Source: Microthyrium microscopicum (taxonomy: Eukaryota). From it: a DNA stretch of 64,000 nucleotides. The notes beneath the pieces were generated by a model. That model was not told the DNA's origin, made no database searches, and worked only from the letters and a program-made list of their open reading frames with translations. Of this stretch, positions 1 through 12,339 are shown in pieces. Position numbers and translations under genes: made by a program. The stretch's first letter is position 1; every line of letters starts with the position of its first letter. Where the stretch lies: contig MU004230.1 of NCBI GenBank assembly GCA_010405405.1, positions 4,172,282-4,236,281 of the forward strand, given 5' to 3'.

Positions 1-2600
1 GTATAAATTTGTACAAGTTTGCCTCATGGCGCGCACATAGGTCGATGAAGGCTTGCACAGTCTGGTTCGGGTCAGCAGAAAAGTCCTGCCGTTGGGCAGC
101 TTCAACGGTCTTGATAGTGTCGTCAATCCATGCTGCAAAATCCATGATGCTATTGTACACGTTGGCGGATTTGTAGACACGGACGAGAGGTTCGTAAAAG
201 ATTTGGAAGAGGTCGCGGAAGAGGCGCAGGGTGTTTGGCTCTTCGATCATTTGGAGCATCATGACCTTGTCTCGTTGGCGCATGTATAGCTTTAGAAGTT
301 GCTTAAGGTGTGCAAATAGTTCGGCATTTTGTCTTGTCTCGTCATCGATGTTGTCCATAGCTCTGTTCCAAGCTTGATAGCCATCAAATACAACATCAAT
401 TTGTTTCTTGGTGGATGCTGATCCGAATTTGTTGGACTTGAAAATGACGACTAGAAGGTCGGTTTTCTCTTGAAGCGCCTGAAGCTTGAGCTCGTTTTTG
501 ATCTCTTCATCTGCTTCAGCATATTGTCGAATCGTGTCCGAAAGAACATGGTCTTGAACTTTCTGAGACGCAAGAATTTCGATTGACTTTTGAATGTTGA
601 CAATTCCATCGTTGATTGCCATGCCAAAGATTCGCTGTAGGAGTGACCGAGCACCGAATGGTTGAAGTAGGAAAATATCCAAAATCCCGGACATGACCGT
701 GGCAGGATTACTAAAGCGAACCACATTCTTGACCAATGAGTATGGGACGAGCGAGTGTATTCGCTTGAGTTGAGAGAACAATTCCGGAGAGTTGTCCTCA
801 GCCAGGAAAAGATGATACAGAGTTGCAGCGACTCTGTGCCGAGTTAGCAGTGGAATTTTGACATTCTTCAACTTGACTCACTCTATTCGGACCCACTCCG
901 CAAACTTTATATACTCAGGTGAGAGCTCCTTGAGTGTCTTTTTCTCTTTGATCTCCTCGAACAAATGTGTTAGTCCATCTATAGAACTATCAGTATGAGG
1001 CGGCACTTCAGCGGGTTCTAGAGCTTACTGTTCTCCACGATATCTCTTCTAAACTTTTCCATGTGAACATCCAACTCAGCCGCTCTAGCCCGGGCGACCT
1101 CGTAGAATTGCTTTTGCTCTTTTATACGCTTCTCATCGAGCTCTTGTCTTTTTTCGATATCGGCCAGTTGCTCGTCTGTAAGGGAGATTGGATCACGAGT
1201 GAGAAATTCTCTCATGGCCGTTGATTGCGCAGTCCGATCATTTCCCAGCATCGTTCGCAGCGCCGCTCTTAATGATACTCTCGATGTTTCTCTGAACAAG
1301 ACCAAGGTTTTCTGGAATTCTCCAGAGGGTCTGTGTGTCTTCTCTGAGATCGCAGATATGCTTCTCTTATGCCCTGGGCCACTTGCAGATCCACCAAAAG
1401 CTGGCAGATAACTGCGAAATCCACCTAGATTATATGCGCTGTTCTCGGCCTTATTGAGGTCCTCTCCTGACTCGTTTGGTTTGGTACTGTTTGCTGACAT
1501 GAAGGAATCGTCATCCGAGATATCATTCATGGTAATAGTCTGATCCGATGAGTTTTGTCGAGGTAGAGGTGGTAATATTTTGCCCGGGAGTTCCAGCCGT
1601 AAGCGTTTGTGCATCTTCCGAAAGTCTTCATATGTCCGCGAGATGTAAATTTCATCATGCCCGGATTCTTTGACCCGTATTATAAATTGCTGTGATATGT
1701 TAGCCAGAAGTTGCTCATCCAGTATTTCGATTTCATACTGCTGTCTCGTGGTATCGAACGTGTCTCCTCGCAAGAGTAGACGAAACACCGGCGACATTCA
1801 CATCCCAGCCATTGATCGTCTGGCCATGCGGAGCATTTGCGACAAGTCCTTGCTCATTCGCGCTACGATCCACGACTTCCATCTCTGAAAAGCGAATGCG
1901 CTCTTCATATCCTGAAGCTGTAGGTACGCCCGAGACCATCATGAGCTCCATAAGTTTCTCCGCCTTGTTCGCCAGTTTCTTGCGCTTTGTATCCTCCAGT
2001 CGGTCTTCGGACGACGAGATATGCTTATTCGCAAAGGACTCGAGAAACTACACCGACCCGTTAGCCTCGCATCGCCAATGTATGTATCCGCTCTCGTACT
2101 ATTTGCAGCTTGTCTTGCCAAAATTCCTTCTCCTTGGCCTGATCGAGGAAGGGAAAGTTGCGCACATGGTGCACAAAGACATATCGTAGAATCGGCAACT
2201 CTGAATCCTCTGGCGGGACTTCACCTGCGTCGGATCGAAAGGGTGCGCCGAAGCGCTGGAGGGCGGTGGGGGAGGCGAGTTCGGCAATCTCATATTTGAC
2301 TTGCTGGCTAAGTAGTTCGCGCTTGAGGTCTGTATGTATTTCCAAGTCAGCAAATTACCGTCGCGTCGCTTCCGGCTAGTTGCGGAGCTCGAAGAACAAT
2401 TACTTACAATGCTCTTGTTTTCCTGTCAACGCATGGCCGTCTGGTGGGACGGACGCGTAGGATGTCCCAGCGCGCTGCAGACGTTGCCGCACCGCCTTTT
2501 CGACATCGCTGTTTGTTCTTGTTACTGTAGATGCTGGTGCACCAGTGGCATTGGTCGCATCGTCAGCATTGGGCGCGTGGATGGTCTCTGGGGCGGACAT
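1..2600 (-). CDS. PX-domain protein of the YPR097W/Lec1-like family; multi-exon, 3' end lies beyond the window start
   Basis: ATG at 2600. Spliced exons give GHALTGKQEH-YLKRELLSQQV, ELPILRYVFVHHVRNFPFLDQAKEKEFWQDKLQ, FLESFANKHISSSEDRLE and the PX-like FIIRVK...YISRTYEDFRKMHKRLRLELPGKILPPLP. Introns are canonical GT-AG. Confidence 0.8.
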
Positions 2601-3513
2601 GGCGGGGCAGGAATTGTGGGAATATCCTTGGTGTATGACGTGTAGTAGAGGGAGCGGAAGAGTGCAGGTGTTACACAAGGAAAGGAAAAGGAAAACAATG
2701 AGAGCGGAAGAGGAAGAGAGTCGGATCAAGACAAACGGCACGGGTGTAACAGCATAACGAGGCAGAAATATGTTTGCAGGAAGTAGAAGAGATGCAGGGC
2801 GTGAGAAGGGCTAGAATTGATGTTGGGAACTTGGGAGCTTGGATGCAATGTGGATTTGTGGATGGATTGGGAGCAATATCAACGCCCTTTTGAACAAGTC
2901 CATTAACGGGATTGGGGCAGTGCTTCCTTATATTACGCGTTTGCACAATTGGTGTTTGATTGTTGCTTTACTGGCCAACATCTTGATCAAATCAATCTCG
3001 AAATTTCGGTCAAGAAGCTAGCACTGCTCGGTGACGACGCCATTCTCAGCCTCAATTATCGAGCTTATACGCATTGCAAGATAACTGCCTGCTCTCATCT
3101 ATCGTCACAGCTACCAGCGCAGCTAATAATGAGAATATGCTCTAGTACCCACTGTACTCGGTGGAATATTCCCAGGATAGGATAACAGATCTGTAGGTAA
3201 GCTTCTCTTCCATCCTGTTCTCACCAATGAATCAACCCATCTTAATTGATATTTCAGCCTTGCCAAGATTTCAAGCCTTGTCCTACAATTTACACCGCGT
3301 AGCAATACGTCTTCTTCATGGATATACAATTTGTGAGACTTTCCAATTTTCTATATGCTAGATTCAAAGTCTAGCACATACATTCCCCATCACTTAGGGC
3401 ATGCAGTCCAAGTACATTTTGCCCTCTCTTATACGCCTCACATCAATACATCGACCCAGCCCATGTTTATATTATTACAGTGACAACATCTTCCCCCTCC
3501 CTTTCAATACCCA

Positions 3514-6352
3514 TCAATAATCCAGCGCACCGGTCCCACCTCCACCAGCCGCATCCAAATCTTCGTACGACTTGAGGCTACGGCCCTGTACACTCTCGCG
3601 CGAGCTCGGCCCCTGACCGTCTGCGAACCGGGCGGGTGGAGGCCGAACATTCCCAGGATTGCCACGAGGCGGCGATAAGCGCCCACCAGCACCGCCATAG
3701 GGTCGAGGGTTACGACTGTCCTGCTTGGGCCGATCGTATGGACCTGGATTGCGGTTGTTGAAACGGCCGGTGCCACGGCGAATTGGACCTACGCCAGAAC
3801 GATCATCATCAGCACCGGGAAAGGTGTTAGAATTGTTCATGGCAAGCAGCGCCATTTGCATTGGGTTTGGCGGGAAGTTGTTGTTGGCTAGGCCAGGGAA
3901 GCCAAATTGTTGCATATTGCTCAGATTAAATCCTCGCGGTGTACCTTGTTGACCATGCTGGTTCAGCGGGAAGTGGCCATTGCTATTGGCATCACTTCGC
4001 GATGGTGCGATATGTGCCGGGTCAAGCACGTAGGCATTGACAAGAAGAATCTGGTAATAAAATTAGCGAAGACATTAATAACTAGAATTGGTCAACTTAC
4101 GTCCTGTTTCAACTTCTCGTAAAAATCCTCGTGGCGCTTTTCAACATGCTTGCGCCAAAAGACTGAGCCTTTGAAAAGCTTTGTACATTCTGGTACCTTG
4201 CAGCGCCATTTGTTCTCGTCTTCTTGCTTGACGTACTTGTTGAGTTCTTCCTCCAGGCCAGACTCGACAGACTTGCCACCCATCTTCGCAACGTCGACAC
4301 TATCAGGGTCGAGCAACTGTACGATTTTGTCTTCGTATGTTTTCACCCAGTTGAAAGCTCGCTGTAATTGTTGCTGGTTTCTACCGGTGGGTTTATGTTT
4401 CTTCTCGTCAACTGGAGATCCATTTGACTCATTGCTACCGTCAGAACCATCCGCCTTCTTGAATGGGAACAGCTGGCCTTGAGCACTCGCTTTGGCAGCA
4501 GTTTTGGCAGCCGTGGTTAGACTTGCACGTGGGCGACGGAGATGGCCTCCCGGACATTTTCGAATGAGTTCATGGACCGAATCGCTCTCGAAAACGCAGA
4601 ACAGGCAAAAGTTGTGAACACGGCGAAGGTACTCAACAAGGAGGTCTAGACGTTTCTTCTTTGCTAGCAGCTCCTCATCATCAACTTCATCATCCAGGCT
4701 TGGCTCATCTTCTTCTTCAATGGCGCCTTCCTCCTCTTCCTCGTCCATATCGATATCATCTTTGACTTTCTTTGGAGGCGCGGCAACAACGGGAGGTTGA
4801 AGCCATCCTTTGCCACGCAAGTTCTCCACTTGTTCATCAACCTTGGATGTACCGTGGTATTCCTCTCCCATTTCGGCATCAAACTTGTTTGCTATCTGAA
4901 CCGCAAGCTCAAGGTCTCGCTCAACACGTTCAGGTGCCGAGAACAAATCCCACAAAGCCTTCTTGCGTGGTGCACCGGGAGGCTCATGAATACCAACGTG
5001 ACAAGTAAAGTCGCCGCGCTCCTCGTCCTTGATAGTCTTCCCGTTAAGTTCAGCAAGGGCTTTGGTGGCAACGGAATTGGTGGTAGTATCGCCATTTTCA
5101 GACTTGACAGCACCATCTTCCATTTCTTCATCTTCGTCACGACCGTCCCCACGATCATCAACTTTGGCAGAATCGGAGGTCGATGGGTTTAGCATTACCC
5201 AACCAATGCGATGGTATTTCTTTTGGGGATTTGGGTCACTAAGACTGAGCCATTTGAAGCCACCCTCGGAATCACCAAGATGCTCTTTACAGAAAGCCTC
5301 CATCTTAATGCGGCTGACTGTTGGCGCAATGGTCTTGATGAGCAAGGTTGGTAGGTTTGCTGCTTCATCCCGAATTTCTCCTCCACGAGATGGGAGAAGA
5401 TCACCCACACCAAGCACTTCGTTTGCTGCAGTGGCCTCGCCTTCTTCCTTTTCAACGACCCCTCCGGCACCGTTGCTGTCGTTCTTGTATATGCCTTCGA
5501 GAGTGAACTCGTCAAACACGCCATGATCAAGATCATGAGCCCACCGTTCGTAGGCTTCGCGACGGAGTTCAAACATTCTAGGACGAAATTCATCCCGAAC
5601 TTCTGGGATGTACTTCTCCTTGAACCATTCTTCACCTTTGTGCTGGGTCACAAACTGACGAGCCATTTGGATTTGGAGCTTTTCCTTGTAAGCATCGTAT
5701 GCAGCTTGAATTTGATCTTTTTGTTTCACACGTTCTTCCCGAGATTCCTTTTCGCTCTTCACTCGAGTATCACGCCGACCGCCATTCTTTGCGCGCTCGC
5801 GTTCTTCCTTGATCTGTTGATCGACCCGCCACCATTCCGCAAAATAAGTAAAACCAACTTGAAAGTCTAGGTTCATCGGGTTTTGGAGAGGGTTACTGGT
5901 CATGGGTGGAGGCTCGTGACCCGGAACGTAGCGATCGATACCGGCTTGTACTGGAGGTGGACTTCGTCCTCGTCTATGGGCGTCATCTCGCGGCTTGCGA
6001 TAATGGTCATCCCGAGTTGGGCGATCACCGGGTTGATATCGGTCGATGTTAGGAGGAGATCTTGATCGAGGACCACGGTTTCGACGATCATAGCCATCTA
6101 AAGAAGAATGTAAGTTGAAATACTCAGAAAGGTTATCAATTATCAAAAGTGAAACAGCAGAAAAATCAACGCTGAGGTGTGGATGAGGTCTTAAAGAGTG
6201 AAGACGAGGCTGGATAAATCTTGAGAAAGTGAGATGGATATGTCGTGAGTCTTACCAGGCGAGCGTCTCCGAAAGCTATCATTTCGACTGAGGAATTTGT
6301 TAGAGCTGGCCGGAAAACGACGAGTTAAAAGTTTGACATACGCCCCATCCAT
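3514..6352 (-). CDS. ARS2: Ars2/SERRATE-like protein (cap-binding-complex adaptor) with C2H2 zinc finger
   Basis: The 684-aa ORF contains HKGEEWFKEKY, LDLLVEYLRRVHNFCLFC and the zinc finger WRCKVPECTKLFKGSVFWRKHVEKRH. Small exons at 6342-6352 and 6256-6287 give MDGARNDSFRRRSPDGYDRR in frame. The last exon ends RSLKSYEDLDA...ALDY*. Confidence 0.9.
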
Positions 6353-7256
6353 CGTGAAATAGTCGATGACGATAAAATTGTTGTGAGCTGAAACTTGAAC
6401 ACCCGAGTACTCTCAGGCTTTTAATAAAGTTCGAAAGTTGATCAAAGACAAAGACAAGGTGTTTGCTAATAGGTCTTGAATATGGCGGTTTGCGAGATTG
6501 TGGCAGAGGGTAGGCGCATGAAGCAACAGGGCATAGGCCACTGGAAAAGCTGTTTCTCAACATGACAACGGTTAGATGCATGTTCAAGGTATAAAGTACG
6601 GCGGAGGAATTGAAGTAAAGAAACAAAAGGATTGCGGCAAAAGTAACAAGAGGTTTGGTTTGCGCCAAAGGCAAGTACAAGACAAACTAGAAACAGTCTA
6701 GTAGCTGAAAAGGCAGAGAAGGTTGTGGAGGGGGCAAAGCGCAATTAAAAAGGTCGAGAAGTTAAGCAAAGGCATCAACAGCTCGATCAGAAGGTAGAGG
6801 AGGATTGCGGATAGTATGAAGAGGTAGTAGCTCAATTAGGGGTTGAAGGTGGCAGCAGAGTAGAAGAGGAGCATATGGGAGAGGAGGTAGATTGAAAAGG
6901 TGGTGAAGCTCTGTAAGACTCACAATCAAGGACGCAAGCTGTTTGACATGAAAACAGTCAAATATCACAGCAATGCGATAGAGAGAGGTTGGTGTTGAAG
7001 TCTGGAGGATTGAGTCGCGAGATGGAGAAGACGTTCCTGACAGGCGCCCTGAGACACTAGTCTACTAAAGGAAGGTGTACCGCGCGTTTACCCTTGCTCG
7101 AGTAACCAATGAAGGACGACTTGGCTCACATGCTGATCATTCAACTCAAATGTCCTGATGTCCAACGTCTTCAATTACCGTATCCTCCTGTTTCAACATT
7201 ATACAAATAGTGTGGCCAACTTCATTCTAACTACGTTCCTTTCAAAGTGAAATATC

Positions 7257-8086
7257 ATGACGTCCTTCCTTCAATCTCTGGCTCTGCCAGCATATGTCTT
7301 TTCAAAGCCAGCTGCTGCAATCCTGCTCCCATTGAGTCTAGGGAATGGCATTGGAATCGCAACGAGACGTGACTACTGTCCATCTTCCAATATTAACCAG
7401 TAATTAACTTTTTGCAGCCGATAAATCCAAGCAACGCTACCGACAACTCAAGCAACCACCACTAAATCCACCAGCGTGGCTTTTCGGACCAGTCTGGACA
7501 TGCCTCTACGCCGCCATGGGCTACGCATCCTGGCGCGCATGGAACACTGGCATCAATTCTTTCAGTCTCGAGACAGTTGAACTCACCAAGGTAAGCTCAT
7601 CTCTCCCTTCAGGTCGCACAAACTGTACCTGGGCGGCTTGCGTTCCCATTCGTCCAGAACGAGCTGCAGTACAAGACTGCCATCAGAGTCTGTACGACTT
7701 GAGCCAAAACGTGGTTGGTGTACAAGGAGCTGCATTACTGACCCTTGGGTAGACAGGAGCAGCCCTTTACACCATTCAGCTGGGTCTCAACTTAGCATGG
7801 ATGCCACTATTCTTCGGAATGGAACGTCCCATTGCAGCTACCGTTGATATCATCGCCTTGCTCGGCACTAATGCGTATCTGACGTACGTCTGGAGTAAGG
7901 TCGACACAGTGGCCGCATGGACCATGGTACCGTACCTTGGATGGACATGTTTTGCAACATATCTTTGCGTAAGGCCATATCTGCATTATTGTAAGGCATG
8001 CATTAACTCGTTTCTAGGCTGGTTGTGGCTATCTGAATAATGGGGATTTTAGCAAGGTTCCAAGGAAAGGTGCAAAAGCCAACTAG
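7257..8086 (+). CDS. TSPO: TspO/MBR family translocator protein (4 exons)
   Basis: Motifs KQPPLNPPAWLFGPVWTCLYAAMGYASWRAW, LYTIQLGLNLAWMPLFFG and MVPYLGWTCFATYL. Introns include a 162-nt intron at 7591-7752. Confidence 0.9.
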
Positions 8087-8134
8087 AGCTCCGAGCCAAA
8101 TCAGGCTTGTATTATTCGTTATGTAGCATGTAGA

Positions 8135-9339
8135 CTACAACTCTTCAAATATTCGTAATCGGGGGTCATCATCCCAGCTCAAGCTCTTCCCTGAACTACA
8201 GACACTTGGTGCCGGGAGTGGGGGTATCGAAATCGGAATCTCATCGCCATTTGGAGAAGTTATTTTTGGACTGTCAATAGGTGTAGAAGCCTTTGGAGTT
8301 GTCGTCAGCTGGTCGTAGTTTGCGACTGGAAAGAAGCGGTGTGCAATGAAAATTGCGACGATTCCTGCCAGCACTGCTCCGAGAATAATATAGATGATTC
8401 TAAATTTTACTTTTCCATGTCAGCTCATATCAAAACACAGGCATATTCTTAGACCTACAGGTGATAGAGGCTTGTACCTCCGCCTCTTGATTCTCGAGAA
8501 CTTGAATCCGATTCCTTGCAGCTTCAAGACGCTTTGTGAGCTTATCAGTCGTACTTTTGCTACCTCCAATTCGAGACTGCAATTCATTGATTTGCGAGCG
8601 TTGCGTCTCAAAACCTCCAAATGAGTCTACTTGCTCGGTAATATCTTTTTTCACTTCTGCAGCTTCCTTGTCAAAGTTATGCCTAAGGTCCTTCGTATGA
8701 CCTGAGAGTTCATGTAAGCTACCAATGGTAGATTGTAGACCGGATAGTCGTTCTAAAATGTTGTAATAGATGTCGTCAAGCTTGCGTGTGCTTTCCATTG
8801 ACGTATGCGACATGTCCTGGTATACTGATCGTATTTCACTGTTGGACCATCATTAGCACATCGTGAATCGCAAAGGTAGTATCGTTGCATTCGTACATAT
8901 CTCGGGCTTCTGCTCTCTGCCGTTCCCTTGCCGCTTGCTTAGCCCACTGTGCCAAACGCCGTTGCTCGTCATCATCTGTAGCTGTATCCCCAGAGCCGCC
9001 CTCCTTTCTCGAGGACGCCGAGCCAGTGTACGCATAACCAGCCTCCTTTAGCTTGCTAAGCTTTTTGGCTAGCTCCGTCATTGTTTCTGGGGACTGATCT
9101 GGTTCTGCTAATCTCTTTCCATGCGAGAATGAGCTTCGGTTTCGGATATGAGTATACGTATTCGAGGTGAAGGAAGATCGGCTATGATGAACGCTACGAG
9201 TCTGTCGATGATGTGACAATCCTTTTGCTTTGGCAGGCTGTTCTTTCCATTCCTGTTCCTGGGACGCTGTCACAGTCTGCGACCGACGTGGTCGTGGTGC
9301 ACCAGGCACTGCGCCTTTGGGAAGCTGATCCACGTGCAT
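8135..9339 (-). CDS. Hypothetical coiled-coil protein with one C-terminal transmembrane segment (3 exons)
   Basis: Three ORFs join in frame through GT-AG introns. Features are a heptad-rich LDDIYYNILERLSGLQSTI...LEAARNRIQVLE stretch, the hydrophobic IIYIILGAVLAGIVAIFIA and the ending DPRLRIFEEL*. Confidence 0.75.
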
Positions 9340-11405
9340 ACTGGGCAAACAATATGCCGGTTATTGTCCAGGGTACCCAAACGCAGGGAGCAGGGTACTC
9401 AATGCCCTACTGAAGCAGTCGCATTCGCAGCGAGTTGTGTGGAACGAGATCTTGGCTCTCATCTGGAAACCTGAGATGTCGTTCAATCACTTCTTAGAAC
9501 ACGGAAAGGCGTATCATCTAGTTTGGGTCGTTATTGAAGGTTCTGAAGTTGCTTGAAGAAGGGAGGAAACGTCGAATGAGGTCAATCGCAGTTGGCTCGT
9601 GCTGATATGGGCATCTGATCTAGGCTGAATATGGCTAGCCATATGATAAGCTAATATTTTTACCTCCAAAAGTAGAAATTATGCTTGATGATTGGTTCAA
9701 ATCTTAAAGTCTTTTATCTGATTGGTAGCCTCGCTTTTTCAGCCTTACCAACAACTTGAAGACGTTAACATTGACGTAAACCTTGACATGTATTGTTGTC
9801 TTCGATTAAAGGTTATCTTAGCTGAGTTTTCTATCAGCTACTATTTCAGAGATACTTCGATTCAATATTAAGGCTGATCCATCGCCCACTACATTCATTT
9901 ACCATAGCTAGAAAGTCCTTCGAGGTGCGAACATACAGCCCCACCAAGGCTCGGGCGGTTGGTTTCAAGTTTTCCAAGTTTTCCATGGCAGCGGAAGTGA
10001 AATTGCTTGTTTCCGATTTTAAGATGACATGCATAAAATGTACCAAGCTAGTGAGAGATGTGCGATGCATCTAATTTAGTTCAAGGGCGCTATCATTTCG
10101 CATCTCACCGGATCACATCATACACTTGCCCATAGTCCTTCATTATCACTGCACGACATTTGCGCTCGAAACAAGCAGTGAAACTTGACGTCTCCTAGGG
10201 CCTCTGCTATATATTCTAACTCTGGTTGTTCTAGCGGAAATGCAAGTGATTACGGCAAGGCGATCAGACCACCAGTCAAAGCGCCATTTGAACCGAAATG
10301 GTAGTTCGTCCGGGGAGCTATGAACTCCTCCAGATACTAATGGTGCTTCTTTTGGCGATGGATGATGGTTATCCAACCGAAAAGTTTCTTAGAGGTTGTT
10401 GACGTAGTGGGCTTGTAAAACGGGACCCAGTAGATCATAGTAAAGTTTCTTCATATCGGGCTTATATCTCGAATAGGCTTGAAGTGTTTCCAGGTCTCTG
10501 TTTTTTGCCCTGTCGAATTGTTTATGCATGGCGGTTCGTTTCGAGCCGTCGCGAAATTTGCCAGAAGATTGGGTAGATCAGGTCGCAAATCGAGTCAGCC
10601 GCATATATCCATGGTTCCAGACGCCTTGAGAGAAGTATGGAATAGTTTTCTCCCCCGCGGTAATTTCGCAGAGTCATAATTATAGAAGAAGATAGTGTTC
10701 ATCTTCTCCGCAGATCACTATCTCTTGATACTTGGGTGGCCAATCTCTGTAACGCACTGACAGGTGTAAAGACTTATTTTGCTATTTGATATTGACAGCA
10801 CGTAGGTTGCAGTGCTTGATAGTAGAGCCGGACTATCGTTGATATCGTATTGCTGACTTGGCGTTGTCCATAAATGCAAAACTTCGGGCTATAGCTTGAA
10901 CATAGACAGCTATTTTTGAAACATCAACACACATTAAGACCACCATCGGATCTTTCAGTCATAGGACGTGCAATTCGTGAATAAATTCGGCGCCCATTTT
11001 ACTGGACAATCAACGCCAACTCCAGTACAACATCAACCATGAATTTTTTTAGAGGAAACACCATCATGGACATAGGAAAACACAAGTGGGAGGATCGATC
11101 ATGATTTGACAGTTTTGTAGACTGACAAGACTTGTAATGGAAAAAAGGAAACCCCGTTTTAATCCCATCCACCTTCTATGAGCAACATTGCTCCAATGGA
11201 GCTCGGCAGGAAAGCCAAGCGAGTGTGAAAAAAGGAGCCCAAACAAAACAAAACAATCATCTCCAGTGAATCATACGCAATTGCGCCAGGTAAGGTCAGC
11301 ACTCTGTAGAAACTTCTGTCCGTTCGAAGCCAATATTATATGGCACCATAAGACGTCCAAAGGGGGGTATCACCGAGCATGACGTTCCTAACGGGCCTAA
11401 CAAGC

Positions 11406-12339
11406 CTACTGTTGGCCCCATTGACCACCACCTGGTGCGCCCGGCTGCTGCTGCTGTTGCTGACTAGGGTCGTAAGGAGGATTTTGTTGCTGATAGCCGT
11501 GACCTTGGCCTCCTCCATAGCCACCCTGCTGAGGCGGATATTGAGGTTGTTGAGCTTGGTAACCTCCTCCGTACTGGGGAGCACCACCCCATTGCCCGGC
11601 ACCACCGCCATAGCCTTCAGTGTAGAGTTAGTATCATGTCTTGAACAACTTCCACCAAGATTGACACGAGGATGAAGACTTACCCTGGCTACGCTGTCCA
11701 TAGTTGCCGCCCTGAGCTACATTAAGTGTTAGAAAATGTACATAATGGCAGGGCTACGTAGAAACTCACAGTATCCGCCTCCATACCCGCCTTGGCCACC
11801 ACCTTGCTGTCCGTCGTTGTAGCCACCACGGCCACCGAATCCGCCGCCAGGACCACGCGAGCCGCCAGACTTGTCAGATGCCTTATCGACACGAATGGTG
11901 CGACCGTCAAATCTGTAGTGAGAAGTGTCAGTAAGACGTTCTAGCAGCAAAATACATTGCTCAGATAGAGTTCATCGATGCGGGCAGCACTAAAAAAATA
12001 ACAAAAAGACTTTTGACTGACTCGACATTGTTCATGGACGAAATAGCGGCCTCGGCCTCTGTTTCCTGCGAAAATCGCACGAAGCCGAATCCGCGACTAC
12101 GACCGGTGTCACGATCCTTGACAACAACCTATCCACAAAGGGCGCGGTCAGACAGGCACAGCAGCGAACGAGCTAGGAGGTCGTACCGCTTCCTCTACAG
12201 TACCAAACTCCTCGAACTTGGTGCGGAGAGTGGCATCGTCAGTGTGCCAGGCAAGGCCTCTAATAACTTGTTAGCGCCAGTCATAATGAGGCAAATAAAT
12301 GCTATGCGCTCAAACTCACCCGATGAAAACTTTAGCCAT
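11406..12339 (-). CDS. Glycine-rich RRM RNA-binding protein (CIRBP/GRP-like), 6 exons
   Basis: Spliced [19 protein letters not shown] (RNP2), [18 protein letters not shown] (RNP1) and [11 protein letters not shown], followed by a G/Y/Q-rich tail ending GGQWGQQ*. Confidence 0.92.

Noticed and set aside
9629..9644. Perfect 16-bp palindrome ATATGGCTAGCCATAT
   Set aside because: About one palindrome of this size is expected by chance in 64 kb, and nothing else supports it.
11913..12021. Possible poison exon (internal U-rich TAG) in the 109-nt intron of the Gly-rich RRM gene
   Set aside because: The cryptic acceptor is only ~32 nt from the donor and has no branch site, so the sequence alone does not support it.
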